A stretch of DNA of 64,000 bases from Laetmonice hystrix (taxonomy: Eukaryota). A program made the translations under genes and the position numbers. The stretch covers positions 11,904,001-11,968,000 of the forward strand of contig OZ249441.1 in the NCBI GenBank assembly GCA_965235115.1, read 5' to 3'. Within the stretch, counting starts at the first letter, position 1. Each line of letters opens with the position of its first letter. The notes beneath the pieces were generated by a model, which worked only from the letters and a program-made list of their open reading frames with translations, was not told the origin of the DNA and searched no databases. Positions 1 to 14,100 of this stretch are shown piece by piece.

Positions 1-1434
1 TAACGTCGGGACTTAATAGGGTGTGCAGGTTTAAGTAATGTCAGTTTCTACTTTCTTAAGTCTTTTTAAGTAATCAACAGTCTATTTCAAACACAAAATG
101 TCCAGGGTCAGTTTAAAAGTTTGCACTTAAAAGTTTAGTACTATAATCTTTTATTAGCCACACAGTTCTGACTCAGAAACTTTTAGTAAATGAAGCAAAA
201 CCAAAATGGAATCTTCCCAAATTTCAATGTAGGTGTATAAGTCGTCGTTAAAGATCACACATTCCAAGCCAGGGACGCCAGTCAGTCAGAAAGGATGTCG
301 CTCTAACTCATTCTCGTTGGGAGGGGTAAACGTTATCATACACTGACTCTAAGGGCCCGATATTTATCAAAGTGACCCAAGCAGTCAGATTTTGGCTGAC
401 CACAAGCGTGGAGGCGTGGGAAGAATTGAGCACACACCTTCCGGATCTGGTCTCATGGGCCCAGGTGACTGTGACAGGGGCCCTACGGAAAATGACAACA
501 TGCAATCAGTCAGCTACCTTGGTTATTCTTCAAACTCCCAATCATCGAAAAAGTGGGGTTCGCTCAGCCAACGTTTAATTCGTATTTTCAAAACTAACTC
601 TCCAATAACTGTGATTACTACAATCTGCAGGGCGGAATGTTCTACCGGCTTGGATTGTCTTCATTCATTAAGCTGTAATTTCACATCCCTACGTGAATTC
701 AGACCCCCGAAGACTCGTGCTCAATACAGCCATTTTCAAAAGGTCATCTCCTCCAAAAGGTCTCTATCGACCTAGACTAATCAAACAGGTTCCTGTGAAC
801 TGTGGAAAATCAATTATCATACAATGCAATAGCCTAAATAAATATGGAAACGATCGAGTGGAGTCTGACAGAACAATGTACCAATGTTTGACTAAACCAG
901 TGCCAATGTCAGTTGGTGAGGGGGGGGTAGCTTTACGATTGGTCCAACTCCGTCCTCTCCACTCCTACCCCAAAATAATCAGGCCCTTCTAGGTGCATCT
1001 ACCTCACGAACAGAAAATAGAAAAGTCAAAGGTCAAACTCGGCCAGCCTGCAGACACTGCTCAGCGCCCCTCCTTGTCAGTAATTCTAGATTTCCTTGTC
1101 TAGGATTTGTCCAACTATCTCAGGACGCCAACATTTCAACCATTATATTTTCATTTTAACTAGCCACAAAACAATAACAACACCACAACAACAACTATAA
1201 AAACAACAAGAAAATTGTCCTCCGGGTGACTGTTTTACCCCATTAAACGCTCTGACGATCATCATCAGGAACGATGTCGTATAAAATATGCACCGGAAGA
1301 AATTTTACAAAATCCAATCTTTGAAATATATTTTTGCAGGACCCCTGTGAGGCAGTGACATGACGGATTTGAGTTTAGAGTAGGTGCAAGGACCTGCCAT
1401 GACTATATCAACATGATGACGTGGTTCGTATGCC

Positions 1435-2270
1435 AACACAGAGCTCCTGACCCAAGGCATTGCCCCCTGGACGTGTCACTCAGCGACGGATCGAGGATTT
1501 GGGATTCAGAAAGTTATAACACAGAGCTCCTGACCCAAGGCGTCACCCTGTGTACGTGTCACCCAGCGACGGATCCAGGATTTGGGATTCAGAAAGTTAT
1601 AACACAGAGCTCCTGACCCAAGGCCTCAACCCCTGTACGTGTCGCACAGCGACGGATCCAAGATTTGGGATTTAGAAAGTTTTAACACAGAGCTCCTGAC
1701 CAAAGGCGTCAACCCCTGTACGTGTCGCACAGCGACGGATCCAGGATTTGGGATTCAGAAAGTTATAACACAGAGCTCCTGACCCAAGGCGTCAACCCCT
1801 GTACGTGTCACCCAGCGACGGATCCAGGATTTGGGATTCAGAAAGTTATAACACAGATCTTCTGACCCAAGGCGTCCCTCCCTGTACGTGTCGCCCAGCG
1901 ACGGATCGAGGATTTGGGATTCAGAAAGTTATAACACAGAGCTCCTGACCCAAGGCGTCAACCCCTGTACGTGTCAGCCAGCGACGGATCCAAGATTTGG
2001 GATTCAGAAAGTTTTAACACAGAGCTCCTGACCAAAGGCGTCAACCCCTGTACGTGTCACCCAGCGATGGATCCAGGATTTGGGATTCAGAAAGTTATAA
2101 CACAGAGCTCCTGACCCAAGGCGTCAACCCCTGTACGTGTCGCACAGCGACAGATCCAGGATTTGGGATTCAGAAAGTTTTAACACAGAGCTCCTGACCA
2201 AAGGCGTCAACCCCTGTACGTGTCGCACAGCGACGGATCCAGGATTTGGGATTCAGAAAGTTATAACACA
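1435..2270. repeat. 83-bp tandem minisatellite, ~10 copies
   Basis: ACACAGAGCTCC recurs at 1519, 1602, 1685, 1768, 1851 (period 83). Unit: acacagagctcctgacccaaggcgtcaacccctgtacgtgtcgcacagcgacggatccaggatttgggattcagaaagttata. Confidence 0.95.
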
Positions 2271-3222
2271 CAACTGAAGGGCGGAGTGTGGCTTTAAGAC
2301 TGTCTACACAGTTTAAAATATGCCCCAACATTTCCTAGAATTAGACAAACCGTTATGTAACCATACACCATATTACAAAGTCCATCGCACATTCCGTAAA
2401 AAGTAGGCCACTGTTCTCATCAACTATGAAAAGACTTTTCCTCCTTTAATATTACAGGCAGTTTGGGGAGGAAAGGGCCCTGTCATCCCATCAGCTGTAC
2501 ATGTAATTCTGCAAAGATGTAGAATTCAGCGGTCACAGCTTATGCCTCTCTTTTAACTACATGTATTTAAATATTGGGCATACATAACTTTACCTTTCTA
2601 TTTATTGGAGTGGGGTGTTAATAAATGCCACGATTCGTCAATTTATGGCAGTGCCTTCACCTGACACCGACTGAATTTACTAATAAACATTTCTTACTGC
2701 TATTTCAATCAACTTTGGGTCTGGAGAAATAAAAGCAGTTTCTCTCGCAATGAGCGAAAAAGTCTTAAATCTACAGATGAAAATATGCAAAGGAACACAT
2801 CAAGAAAACATAAGAACCTTACAATAAAAGCAATCTGATAAGAACAGAAAAGAATAGAATGTAATGAGATAGTAGCCTGGGGGGCGAAGAAATTAGTATA
2901 AGTAGATAGAAAGAAAAAGAGTTAAAAAATGATTTAATGCTGATAATCGGAAGGGTACACATTTAGACACACCCCGCGGAGCACAGATGGCCAAGATTTG
3001 AGTCTTCCTTTTTAATACATACGCGTATATAATTTGATGCTGGAGAACATTTCAAACACAAACAAGGTTCATTACTATATTCTAATATGGTTTAGGAAGC
3101 TAATTTTAGGAGTTGCTTTTGAGTAATTTTTAGGTTGTGCTCGTGTAACGTGTCTACGTGTAGGAAGTCAGTGACATAACAGAACATGAACCCTTTACTT
3201 CACTTCACGAAGTTACACCGAG

Positions 3223-3259
3223 GTAACCATGGTGACCACAACCCTGTTGCCATGGTAAC
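3223..3259. promoter_or_regulatory. Paired RFX X-box-like palindromes
   Basis: GTTGCCATGGTAAC at 3246-3259 matches the X-box consensus GTNRCC-AT-RGYAAC; the related GTAACCATGGTGAC lies at 3223-3236. Confidence 0.45.
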
Positions 3260-4371
3260 CACAGCAAACCCCAGTAAACTAGCCATACTGAGAGTGAACC
3301 AACCTGTCGTCAAATGCTGTTAAACTTATCTCGGGGACTGTCAAACAGTGGACACTTTTCGAACGATGCCGTCCCCCCGTAGCCCTAGACAGCAAAGGTT
3401 CACACAATGAAAACAAATATGACCCCCAGGCGTATGGCAACAAACACCAAAATGACACAATTATATAAGATATCTTCTTGGAATCAAAAGCAACACAAAA
3501 TGTTTTCTCAAAAAGATACATACACATGCGATTACCATATGCATATACTTTTTTAGTGACCCTGTATATAGAAGGATCAATCTTAATCACCTAATAATTA
3601 ATTTAATAAAATGGTTTTACATGAGTTCCCCTGATATAAGATACTAAGCAATAACATTAGAGTTTCTTGTTACTACGTTCGTAAGATTAAGAAATGACTT
3701 GCCTCATTCTTATGGTATTAACCACGACATTATTCTTTAAAATGTCTCATGTAACACAGTGATCTTATATTTTGACATTTTACTCTTAACTTCTTCTACA
3801 ATTGGCTCATTAGATGAGTAAAAGAAAATTCTTAACTCACGAAACGTTTCTATAATAGTATTAATACTACTAAATTAAATCTATTAGATCTGAGTTGAAC
3901 TCTCTTATATGTAAGTATCAGACTCTTTTGTAAATTTGTGCTCTTCGACTCCCAAGTCTTGAAAATCATGGTACATGTGTATTACACTTAATTCAATAGA
4001 TATTACGATCACTATCATAAAGCAAGGGAGTGATTATAGTCATAGATTATAACCAATAAATTGAGGCGATATTTTCTGTAAGTATCTATCTTTATCACAA
4101 GACCTACGGAGTGCCATCATTTCTAAAATTATCACTTTGTGTCGAGTAAAGTTGAACCGTTCATTTTCTCGTCTATACTAGTCAACTTTAGGAATCACTA
4201 TGTCTGGCCTACACAATACTGCGTTAATACCAATTCAGAAATCACCCCGAAACTTGTGGCGGAGACGGAACCGAACTACCGCTAGAGGGCGCAGCCAGAG
4301 CAGGCTAATTCTGCAAGTGGAGGCAGGTGGCGCTGCTGTGTCAACCAGCAGGCGCCTGGGTGGAAACCAAC

Positions 4372-4449
4372 CTGTCAATATCCGAGAAGCTAATGTCGGG
4401 GCTGAGGACAAGGTTGTGGCTGTTGGAACGAGGGCGCTGTTTCAGGGGG
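4372..4449 (-). CDS. MAP3K5: Candidate post-kinase exon of the ASK-family MAP3K (PLKQRPRSNSHNLVLSPDISFSDIDR)
   Basis: AG acceptor downstream of a long pyrimidine tract, donor gttggt, open frame, phase 2/2 matching the 11014-11116 exon. No conserved motif confirms it. Confidence 0.5.
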
Positions 4450-7400
4450 CTGTTTGGCCAATGGGGAGGTTCAACCCGGAATATATAGGCACAGGCACAA
4501 ACGAGAAAAAAAAGAGAAGAAAGAAAGACACATGATTTCTTTGAAAATTCATTCAATGAATGTATATTAGTGTATCAAATTTGTTTAAAAAATTAAAAGA
4601 GCGGTATGCAAAATATGATTAACCTATGTTAAATACCTAATCTTCGCTACACAACAAAAGACGAGTTCCTAAGGAGTTGACAGTTCTAATAATATATACC
4701 AACTGATAGTCAACGTAATTGCCAATAACTATTAATTACAACACAAACTCAACAGATAATAACAAGTACAACGTATACCAAGAGTTGGTAATATAATATA
4801 TACCAACAGATGGTATGTAAGACAACAGACACCTAAATTGGACCACAACAACAGGTAGTTGAGATATACCCAGAACTGGCAATACGACATATATGGCAAG
4901 ATACATCTACAGGTGGGTTGATGATAACCCTTCCACCAGGACAATGCCCTGCCACCATGACAACCAGGCGAACTCCCTCGCTAAATCCACCTAAGGGTCT
5001 CCATATGAATGATAAATTCGTTCACAAGGAATGTATCTATAATCTTATGTTTCTCAATCCATATCGCGTCCATAGATGACAGCGGTCATACCAGATGTGT
5101 TTATTTCCTCCGTCAAATTAGAACGTCTTTGATTCTTTGACCTTGACTTTTTTTCACAATTTTCCTTCCTAACTCATCACCTAAAATGATGTTGTGGATT
5201 AGCCTTATACAAGGTAAAGAAAACAGAAAGTCAAGCTGAGGAATATTAGTACTTCATGCAGACACACGGATTTACGTGCGTAGGGTTTGACAGCGTTTGC
5301 GAGCTCAACCCGCCCGGTGAACAAACAACAACCACCATCAGAATCGTCAACATCCACCAGCACCGACGTCTGCCAGAGGTCTACCACCACACACCATTAA
5401 ATACCCATGCCACTGGGCCAACACACAACACACCCACTCCTAGTTGATTGTCTACGGTAATCCGCACACCGAATGCCCTGTGTTTCCAACAACGATTACT
5501 GGTAAGCCCTGGTACCCAAACACCCATCTCCCCCATTCCAAACCCTACATGCTTGAATGCCTGAATGGCCCGTATAACTGAGGAGCCGTTTCAAAACAGC
5601 GAAAGAGAATTTTGAGTAATCACAAGTACTGGTAGAACATAAGTCAGTTTTTTTCTAATTTTACGTGAAAACTTTGAGTCAAGTCTCAAACTTTCATCTT
5701 TCTACTAGGGCAACGTAGTTCAGAGTGAATTACAACTTGAAATTGCATTTCTGAAATGAGACGATGCCTCTTTATGGGCCTCAAGACCAGTCAGGCTTTC
5801 CATCTAACTACCATTATCTGGAACACTTGATTTCACATCTAGACCATAGAGAAAGGTCAAACCTGAACAATCTGCTTGAAATTAAGAAGAGCACTTTTTT
5901 AGAATACAAGTGAACAATACAAATAAGAAATGAAATCACAATAATACCACTTCACAGATAGTAATACCTGTCACTTTCAACAATATCAAGGTACAGGAAT
6001 GATTCCATGTTTCATCAGTCAAGTGTTTTTAAAACATTAACTGGTGGATTCAATCTATTCAGGCATTAAACATACAAGTCTTTATAGCTACTGTGAAATA
6101 CATTGCAAAACACTGATTGCCCTCTGATATCTCATCACCGACCAATCCCTGCAGGAGAACCCCAATGGTTGATCGTTTCGTCGCTGAGGAAAAGTAAGAC
6201 ACTAATTCAACTTGTCATCACTGAACACCCAGTGACAAGAGATGAAAATCAGCCTTATAGTAGGATTCTTTACTTCTATACCGTTTACGTCATCAGGCAG
6301 GAAAATGGTCAGATTGGCGCTTCACATGCATCTTTAAATTAAGAGTATAACAATTAGACTTTTGGTCCTTACGTTTTCCTATCTTGTTCACACAGATATA
6401 ACTTGGCCACAGGGTACACCACTGACGTCAACAACTTATAGTACCCTAAGGCCACTGGATGAAATCGCCATGTGTTACAAATATTAAAATGAACACACGG
6501 GCACATCAGGCACCAAGATTAGAAATCGGCCTTAGCCCCTCCGATATTATGTTCTAATAAAAACAGGTCACAGTGGGTGGTTCAATGAGGTCACCTATTT
6601 GTACACCAGTGAAGAGCCCCAGAAAAGGCACCTTGATGTATTAAGATGTATCTTAGGTCGAGAGTTCCAAGGTTTCCGTAGAAGCCTAAGGGGTTGCCCC
6701 TTACCGGTAATATTGAATGTGAATATTGGCCCTATCAATGTCTATTCATTCCAAATTCACAGATAAAAATTCCTAAAATTATTAGTAGGCCTACTTATTC
6801 ATATTCTTAGTCTAGGCCTAGGCCTATCATTTCACGTTCATTTTCCACTGGATATAGATGCCGGGCTCGGGCGAGCTGAGTTCACAATGAGCTAGGCAGT
6901 GAACATTCTCAGTTACAGCTAAGCCTAGCTTAAGCTGTGATGCGAGTGGATGAATGAACGAACAAACAACCTAATTCTGCTAATTCTAACATAACAGACT
7001 GCCAACAGACTAGATTCCACGAACCATTTACGTTGGCCGCGGGACAGCTCAACAAGATTGCCAGCAGATACAGAACTAAAGAAAATTGAAATTAAATAAA
7101 CATGAAGAGTGCAGAAAAACAATTAAACATCTGATGATAACCCATTATTAGGAATACAAAATAATTATGCCAATAAATTTATATACATGATTTAGCCTCA
7201 TCTTACAACTTACAGCCCCCCCCCCCCCCATTCAAATTTCAACATAGTATAAATTTAACCCTTTAAAATAAAGTGGACCTCTGTAGTTTTCGTTTGCCTT
7301 TTAAAAACACCCCATATTGCACGTAATAATACGCTGACACGTACTTAGGATTAAGGCCAAGAAGGTCAGTGCAGCAAAATAAAATACAGTAGCTTCTGGG

Positions 7401-9885
7401 CTAAGCAGCTGACGCAGTTCGCCTTGCACCCAAAGGTTCGGGATAAAGACGGCTATTACGTTGAGGTGTATGAAAGAAGCTCACTATCACGTTGTAAGAG
7501 TGGGTGATCGGCAGTGACCCGTATATCTTTGTGGGTGACCCGTATATCTTACCAACAACCAGACTGTGGCAAGCACTGTATTTTTGAGGGACCCCTGGTG
7601 GAGTGAATAGATAATCAACCTCTGTTCCAGACTTTCAAAGCCACACCCACACCTCATACTGAGATATGGACGTCGGACTCGGAGCAAAATATACGGACGG
7701 ACAAAGAGAAATAGTGTCTCCCATGACCAACCTAGGCCTACCCATCATCAGAAACGTAACCTACTACAGATGGCAGCACTGCTCACGTTAAAGTTATTTT
7801 TCCATAAGAAATGGTGATATGAATGTTTGCTGGAGCACCGCTGAATAAGTTGTATGGTTGGTGCTGAAAACCCGCGGTTTCGTCCAGTCACTTACCAATA
7901 AAGCAAATTTTAAAAAATAATTAATAGAGGTATACCACGGTTGTCCAACAATCTAGCTTTTTCCCCGTTAATATTGTCTGGAACAGATTATCATTATATA
8001 ACAATACATAGTATTTGGATAAATTCGCGCTGGATTTGATTGGTTAAAATGTGGGGCAGATAAAGGTAGGACTGAAACAACTTGATATTAGTACGCACTC
8101 TGTGTCGGGTTACGATTACTATCTGCCCTGATGGAGAGTGAAACTATCAGAAGGCATAATTAGCCAAATTTCTAATATATACCTACATGACTATCTCAGG
8201 CAGGACACTTTCTCTAAAACGAGGAATTGGTGAAAGAAACAAGACAATGTAACATTACCTTAAAGAGATTTTTAAAAGATATTACTGGTCCATGCAAAAT
8301 TATGGGTATCAGATTAATGTCAATTATTCAAATGTGTTTAAGAATAAAAATTTGAAAAGTTGCTAAAAATAAAAGGCATTACCAGTAATTAAAGCCAAAA
8401 TGGTAGAACCGAAACAATATTCAGTCAGCATCCGTCGTATGTAACTGAAGGGGGCTTTCATTTTTTTATTGTAGTAAATACGATACTGGTAGGTGTTTTA
8501 TAATGCTCCACAAATAAATTTATTGAGCTCATCAAATCGGACGATTATCTGCCATTTTAACCTAAGCAAGATATTCTGACTGTGCCACGTGATTTATTGA
8601 TGAATCCTGAACTTTCCGGAAAAAAAGTTTCAACACAAGAAATATGTTTCACTCCACCGCAAATAATGATGCTCTTCGACTGATTCAAAGTCAAACTCAA
8701 CCCTTTCACTCTATTAACTACCTCTACTGCTACATGAAAGGTAAAGGGGGGATTTGTTGCACAAGAGTAATGGACACGGATATGGAGATGATATATTTGG
8801 TCCATTGCCATCATAGAAAGACAAGGAAGAGCTTAGGCCAACAAGATAATCCACCAGAAAATTGCTGTATAGGGAAGTAATCCTTTTTTTGTTTCTTCAT
8901 TCCCCAATAATTGGGCCGTACGACAGCCTTTCAATAAATTCGTAGCAGCTGAAAACATGTACAGCCACGGGACATTCACTTCTAGTCCTGATCCCCAGTT
9001 AGAAAGCTCTTGATGCATTTTACTTTTTCCATTCTTATCTTCTTGTTCTTCAAAAATAAAATTCCTTAAAGGTCAGTACGTGTACCGTAGAACTATAGCA
9101 TACTTTTGCAGGTAGTGACAGCAAAAAGCAACAAAAAAGGAAGATCTAAGACAAAGGAGTAAGGTTAGGCGATAGATACTGGACATTGAAACAATAACTG
9201 TCTACAATTTTAAAAAAAGAATACCCTTCAATGTGACTGGCAGGGAGAAGTATACCAAATCTTGTTCTATACATATAATCTTATTCGTTACAACAAATAC
9301 TTGTGAAACCCTACCGTAATGGAATTTATGGGGTCCCCAGCCATATATTCTCATTAAAAATACATCAGATTTTTAACAAATTTATAATGGCTACCAAAAG
9401 CTCGGGACAACCAACTGAGCTCATCACTGCGACCACTAGAGTGTACCAAGGTGGTTGGTGGTCCATATGGCAACCACCCTACCAGAACTGGTACTACAAC
9501 TTGCATAAATAACGTCATTGATGACATGCAGGGAGCCAGCATACTGTAGAAAAGAAAGCTGGCGAGAAAAGGTCCAAAGTCCTATTTGAGACATTTGATT
9601 TAGTGTAGTGTTTTCTTTATTTATTTTTTATTTTTTGGTGGGGTTGGGGGGCGTTTTACAGGCATCAGTTTACCACAAAAGTGTTCTTATTGGGCTTAGG
9701 CTCATCGGTAGTTCTAACATAACCTTGCTGTCTCTGAAAAACCACCTGCCATTTTTCTATCTCTATCCAACGAAGGACGATCAGTACAAAAACGGACCTA
9801 ACTGTAGAATAGCCTAATACTGTGCTCCTTATCGATTTTTTGTCTCAGTATGCTGTTCCAAGTAATATGACGGGTCTCTAAAGTG

Positions 9886-10246
9886 AATACCGGTATATGT
9901 TATAACCTGAGTGTGTCTGGTGTTAATACCGGTATATGTTATAACCTGGGTGTGTCTGGTGTTAATACCGGTATATGTTATAACCTGGGTGTGTCTGGTG
10001 TTAATACCGGTATATGTTATAACCTGAGTGTGTCTGGTGTTAATACCGGTATATGTTATAACCTGGGTGTGTCTGGTGTTAATACCGGTATATGTTATAA
10101 CCTGAGTGTGTCTGGTGTTAATACCGGTATATGTTATAACCTGGGTGTGTCTGGTGTTAATACCAGTATATATGTTATAATATGGGTGTGTCTGGTGTTA
10201 ATACCAGTATAAATATTATGTTATAACCTGAGTGTGTCTGGTGTTA
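9886..10246. repeat. 39-bp tandem minisatellite, ~9 copies
   Basis: Unit aataccggtatatgttataacctg(a/g)gtgtgtctggtgtt; produces the NTGICYNLSVSGV repeat ORF in the track. Confidence 0.95.
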
Positions 10247-11013
10247 AAACAGGATTATTAAACCTCTAAGTCACTAGAGTTTAGGATTAATGAGTCATAT
10301 TTTATGTTTGTGTCCAGTTACATCCAGTACCCTTCTACAAATAGCCACAAACCAACTCAAAAACGACAAAATACGTCCCAAGAAGAGTCGAATCTTTGTG
10401 ATTTTCAAAGAGAAAGTTGTAGTTTTAAAAAAAAAGAATGTTTCGAAAAAATGGAGTTATGATGACCAAAAATTTCTATGAATCTGGTTTTACGTATTTT
10501 GTCTCTTGGAGATGTGGCTACCTGTTTTGATATTTTGAACCCCAAATCATATTCCCTCAGTCTTTTGAAACCTTGCACCTACTCACCCATAATAGTTGGG
10601 TACATCGAGGGTCATGAGTCTACTGTATGTGTAATCAATCATGTGTGTATTGTACAAAAACATGTAAATCACTATCATATCATGCAGATGTAAAATAATG
10701 TTCAGGAGATCCTTCACCTCGGCAATATCAATAAAATATGCCTGCTCCAATCACAGCACATTTTTTGTGCTTGTTAAATTTCTCATGTATTTTCAATGGG
10801 AATTTTAGCAGATGAAGGATCGTGCAGACCCGGCAGAGCAAAGGTTTTCCCCACACATTACAACAAGAATTGCATTCAATTTCAACCCTGCTTGTACAGA
10901 GGCAGATAGCGATAAAAAGTGATATGACATTTACTTCTCTTTCACTAGATTAAATAGATTATGAATGTAATAGGAAAACGTTAATTTGTTATTATATATG
11001 TATTGAGACTTAC

Positions 11014-11116
11014 CGGTCGTGGGCGGGCATCTTAAGATGCAGGTCTGGGGTCGTACCCTTATGGTGAACCGGTGACGTCAGAGGTGATCCGGGGGGGTCG
11101 CCTTTACTGATGGGCA
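11014..11116 (-). CDS. MAP3K5: Candidate post-kinase exon of the ASK-family MAP3K (PISKGDPPGSPLTSPVHHKGTTPDLHLKMPAHDR)
   Basis: Acceptor ttttcatttgtcgtcag, consensus donor gtaagt, open, Pro/Ser-rich, GC-richer than its flanks; phase 1/2. Confidence 0.6.
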
Positions 11117-14100
11117 CTGACGACAAATGAAAAACCTTCACTATACAGTACTCTTCATCCTTTTCTTGATAGCAAGAAAGATTGAAACTCCATACTAAGC
11201 TGCCCTTATGAAACAGCATTACTTCATCGTGATGCTCATAATCTCTGTAACGTTTTTTCTATACGAGTCGCTCTAGAAAAACTGATCAAAAATACATTTT
11301 AGAAAACCGCCTGTGACACTCACTTGACACACTTCGATTGTAGTCCTTTGACTGCGACTTTTTCTTCTTTTTCTGCGGGGCACTAAAACACAAACACACA
11401 AAAATGAGCCTGTTACAATGCGGCACTTGATCAAGTTAATTGTAAATGATACACTTTAAAACCGTCTGTACATCACAGGTGATTCCAAGTCATGGCCTCA
11501 GCTCCAGGTTTCTACAAACAACAAGCAAGAGTTACTTTCAACAGCCACTTTCCACAAAATCTTAGTATCGTCCCAGTCATGGCTATCTTCACATCGTAAC
11601 GACTAACACTTGTCTACAACAAACAATCGTACAAAGTTAATTCTCTATTATACTGACATTATCTAAAAGAATCATCTTATCCCATCCTCCGCAACCAAAC
11701 CCAACCCTCACTATATGGGCTTACTTTTGCATGTTGACCTTTGAACTCTTGTCTTTCTCTGGACGGATACATCCCATCATGTAGACAACATGAAGCCCCT
11801 AAATGAATTCTGTAGCATAGCCAAACCTCTGTCTGGACAAGATCGAGTTTTCTTTTAAAAACTAAAGCAATCAAGTGATATGGCAGCCAACAAAATACTA
11901 TACATGGGCTGTCTCTACCGACTTTCCTAATTTCTCGGTAATATATGACTGTAACCTATACCGTCGGTAATGACGTACGGGTAACGGGCAGCAGCTTGAA
12001 GCATTCTGCAGGTCGTGCCTGTCTGCAATTCAGCTCAAACCTAAAGCACACTGGATTGAAATCTCTGAAGGTACCATTTAACAGTCTCACTGCGTCATGC
12101 CATACATTAGACCAAAAAAACGATCGAGGCTGCACCAGCATGCAGTCAAAGGCACGGCCTCTTCAAACAAAGATTTCTCCAAAACTAGAAATCTCTATTT
12201 ATTCCTTTTACCTTATAAAAAAAACAGAGTGCTGCACCTAAAGTCATTGGCTTCATTGTAATAAACGTTTCCATTTGGTCTTCTTAAAGGATTTGGTTTA
12301 TCTTAAGCTGAATGCGAATTTCTTAATTGTTTTGCCTGGTCAAAAGACGTATTTTTTAGAGAAAATGGTTACCGATTGGCTGCCCCACAATTGCATTTAT
12401 TAAACCTATAACACATGCACTTTATAATAACTGAGCGCAGACTATAACATGGTCGCCAACACAAGTAAAAGTTAAACTCCAGGCCAGGCATTGGCATTAG
12501 TGACAATCATAAATATGTCAAACACTAAACGAATCAAACTTTCCACTTTTCTATTCCCAAACGGAGACGAAATGGGTGCACTTAAAGATGAACACTGGGG
12601 GTCGAGTGGGCAGGTGATGAGGACGCGGGCTACACTCTGCAACACATCATCTACCCGGCAACACATACACTACAACCGTTAATTCTCTAATTATGGCCGT
12701 GGCTATGACTGGCTTAATTTACCCTGAATTTTTCTGCTCTATTACTATGGTTCTATTACTATGATTTAACCTGAACTAAATCCTGTAGCAGTCCCACTGA
12801 TGACCTTACTAAGGCCACAGTGATCGAGCATAAATTAGAGAAAAAACGGTACTTTGGGATTATATACGCTACTGTGGATGACATACTGTTAACACCAGAC
12901 TGGGAGTTTGTAAACTTGAGCTAACCTTTCTGTTCGCTTGAGCCTGTTACGGATGGTCAGGAAAATGATGAAGATGAAAGAGAGACGCAACAGGCTCAGC
13001 ATGAGTCGTCGACTATATCACGTTTTTAAAACTTAATATATGTGCATGAAAAACACATACATGTAGATACGGTTCTCGGAGGTATCTAAAGTGAAGTGTT
13101 TTCTTAGAGGATTCCCTGAAGCCCTCCTATGGGTGAGAGCAACTTCAAGGTAACCAACCTTGAAATGTGTTCTTTACAAGTGAGAAAAAACTATTAAAGA
13201 AAGGAAAAGACGATAAAGTATGATATTTTACGACAGAAATACTGGAAAAAGACCTGAGCGTATAACTACGTGTATAAGGCTACAGGAAAATTTGATTCAC
13301 AATACATAATCAAAGCTTCATACATACAGACAAACAAATAAAGAACTATACAGTTGTCTTTAAAATCTGAACCAACACTTCAATATAACACTATCATGCT
13401 TCAATATTAACTGAGTTTCAAGTCAACTTAGATAAACACTTCAGCAGATTATATGCCATGTAGTATACCACATTAAGAATCAAGTCAAATTTTGTCAAGG
13501 TCCATGTTAGACCAAATGTTATTGAAACTTCCTCTGACTTCAAAACATACTGTTCTATTAATTCCACGCATATTATTGTTCACCTTACATACCAGTACAA
13601 CCTTTCTGCAGCACTGAAACTAATATCTTGATGATCAACCTTGAAACCTTAAAAAGATCTTTTTCACAGATTATTAGTTTCTTATTAATACATTCTCGTC
13701 ACAGTATAAAATTTACGAGTAAGTTTGCCAAACAGGCATATCAATAACTGGGGACACAAGGACTGACTCATCAGTTCGTGCTGGGACTACACAGTCCGAC
13801 CACTAGAGACATGCACGGATAACTTAATGGATCATTGACAGAGAACTACACTCTTCACATCTAACAAGTACGTCATACGGCCGTCACCCTACGTCACTTG
13901 TCCCTCCTACATGCTGTAGGTATGTTGCCGCCCTCACCTTCCCATTCGCCTTTAGTCTGGCCTTTGTCACCACTGACCCTGCATGACCTTCATTCCTACT
14001 AGTCAATGACCTGGCATAGGTTCCTGTTGGCTGAATGATCTACAAAGTCTTTATCTGTGTGGGTCTCCGACCTGACCTTCTTCCTGTCAGTTACGACCTT

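Noticed and set aside
976-1101. Possible MAP3K terminal exon (QGNLELLTRRGAEQCLQAGRV*)
   Set aside because: Poor acceptor and no resemblance to the ASK coiled-coil/SAM C-terminus, which probably lies left of the window.
3279-3590. 103-aa minus-strand ORF next to the X-boxes
   Set aside because: GTG start, AT-rich intron-like composition, no similarity I recognise.
8557-9018. Cluster of short ORFs in the MAP3K intron
   Set aside because: No recognisable domain, no consistent splice sites.
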